Positions 62,524 to 64,000 of a DNA stretch of 64,000 bases are shown piece after piece. Origin of the DNA: Azolla caroliniana (taxonomy: Eukaryota; Plantae; Polypodiophyta); NCBI GenBank assembly GCA_043228905.1, contig JBHGNT010000007.1, positions 14,508,001-14,572,000 of the forward strand. Reading direction: 5' to 3'. Within the stretch, counting starts at the first letter, position 1. Each line of letters begins with the position of its first letter. The notes below the pieces were generated by a model. The model saw only the letters and a program-made list of their open reading frames with translations, was not told the origin of the DNA and did no database searches. The position numbers and the translations under genes were made by a program.

Positions 62524-63440
62524 ATGACTTCTAGACGAAACCATAAGGAAACACACAAAGAAATTATAAGTAAGGAGGAATATTTAGATGTCCTTAACCG
62601 TTTAGTTGAAATAGAAAAATGGCCGAAAGAGATTGAAGCCGAAAAATAGAAAGATAAGGAAGAAAGAGAACTGCTTATTGCTGAAGTAGCGAAAATTAAA
62701 GTAGACACCGTGAACCTTCAAAAAAAATTTCCTTGAGACATCTAGGTAAGATGGTGAAATATCTTCCCTAGAGGATATTAAGGATGAGATAAAAAAGGTT
62801 AAGGATGAGGTTTAAAGCGATATGGAATCAGCAAAAACTGGGTGGGTTGATGTAGTAAAATATAATATTAAAAAAGAACTAAAGGATGAAAACATTGTAA
62901 ACACTACCCTTGAGGAGGAACAAATGTGTCAAGCTCGACGCCTAAATGAACTACTTATTGGGCTCAAGGAAGGGGCGTCTCCCGACGAAGATGCACAAAC
63001 ATTAGGGAAAATGTTGGGGTACGAAGCCCTACCAATCACTAAAACTTGGAGGGTAGGACGTGACTCCGCTAGGAAAAGAGCTTTAGTCCTTCAGTTTAAG
63101 GACTCAGAATCTAGAATTGCCTTTTTTAAAAAGAGACCCATTCTTCGAGGACTGGGCGGGGACCCTATCTCCCTCGATGACAACCTGACCAAGATGCAAA
63201 TTGAGCATCGTAAAACTTGTATGCAACGAGTCATACAAGCTCGTAAAGAGGGGCATCGTTGGTTATCTAATAAGACGCCTTGAAGCTACCCACATGGTTA
63301 ACTCCTTCTGGGTGGCCCCATGCCCCATTGGTGCAAACCATAGCTTCCTATACTTTGAGCTAAAATATGGTAATTCCCACGCCACCAACTCCAGTCAACC
63401 AAACTATCACACCATAATACACTTCACGCATTAGCTCGCT
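62524..63440 (+). pseudogene. LINE ORF1 (coiled-coil plus RRM-like) and deleted endonuclease remnant
   Basis: WVDVVK...RRLN....GLKE...WRVGR....RALVLQF....R...L....ISLDDNLT pattern, then PIGANHSFLYFEL resembling the APE SDH end. (CT)n/(GTC)n leader upstream. Confidence 0.65.
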
Positions 63441-63457
63441 GACATCTACTCTCAACA

Positions 63458-63996
63458 TGTGTAGAGAATATGCGGAATAATCTTCCGCCACAACCGAGAC
63501 TTACATCACTTAATGATAAATAAACACAGTAAAAATGGAGAAATGGAAGTACACAAACAGAAGAGAATGCACAGGATGTTAGCGTGGAAAACACTAAACG
63601 GAAAAAACCACGGGAGCCCACAGACTCCGAACTATCACTATGTAAGGAGAATACAATAGGGGAACATAGAGGCAACGACCTCGTGCTCACAATCTTCGCC
63701 TGGTGGCGGTTACAACAAACACTCGCTCTGTCTCTCTCTTTGTTTCCCTCTACTACGCTCTATACAACAGTTACACCAATAACTCTATACAACAAATAAT
63801 GACAACAACAACCAAGAGTTTGCCCTAGGTCATATTTATACTAATATGACTTTCGGGCTATTTACAAATATAGCCCCAATGGGCTCTCTGGAACATATTT
63901 ACATATATGTCCCTTCATCTGGTTCTCACCAGGCCTTCATCATCCAGTTCTCATCGGGCCTTCATCATCCCATACGGAGGGACCGAGATCCTAACA
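63458..63996 (-). mobile_element. 3' LTR of another Tork-like Copia extending beyond the window
   Basis: Shares the GTCATATTTATAC and GAGGCAACGACCTC blocks with T1-T3 LTRs, ends CCTAACA, and is followed by AACT (start of a reverse PPT). Confidence 0.8.
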
Positions 63997-64000
63997 AACT

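Overview
Eukaryotic, land-plant heterochromatin-type DNA (spliceosomal GT-AG introns, TTTAGGG telomeric motif, tRNA-iMet and tRNA-Trp primer sites). The retroelement families suggest a seed-free plant such as a fern, lycophyte or bryophyte, which is inference only. Nearly all of the window is a deeply nested stack of decayed transposons: several Ty1/Copia and Ty3/Gypsy elements, a TRIM-like element, solo LTRs and two LINE fragments. The only host-like gene is the first exon of an 11S-globulin/legumin-type cupin at the left edge. The main finding is two copies (3245-12321 and, inverted, 53505-61137) of a ~9 kb DNA transposon with 36-bp TIRs and 4-bp TSDs. It carries two divergent genes: a Sola-like DDD transposase (~926 aa reconstructed) and a six-exon gene (~974 aa reconstructed) fusing a ParB/Srx-like domain to a beta-class amino-(N6A/N4C) DNA methyltransferase. 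Intron 1 of the second gene holds a 51-bp-phased array of 25-bp palindromes resembling parS-type sites. Both copies are inactivated, but by different lesions, and the cargo gene shows a clear synonymous excess between copies. All coordinates, splice models and counts were made by eye; no database searches were run.
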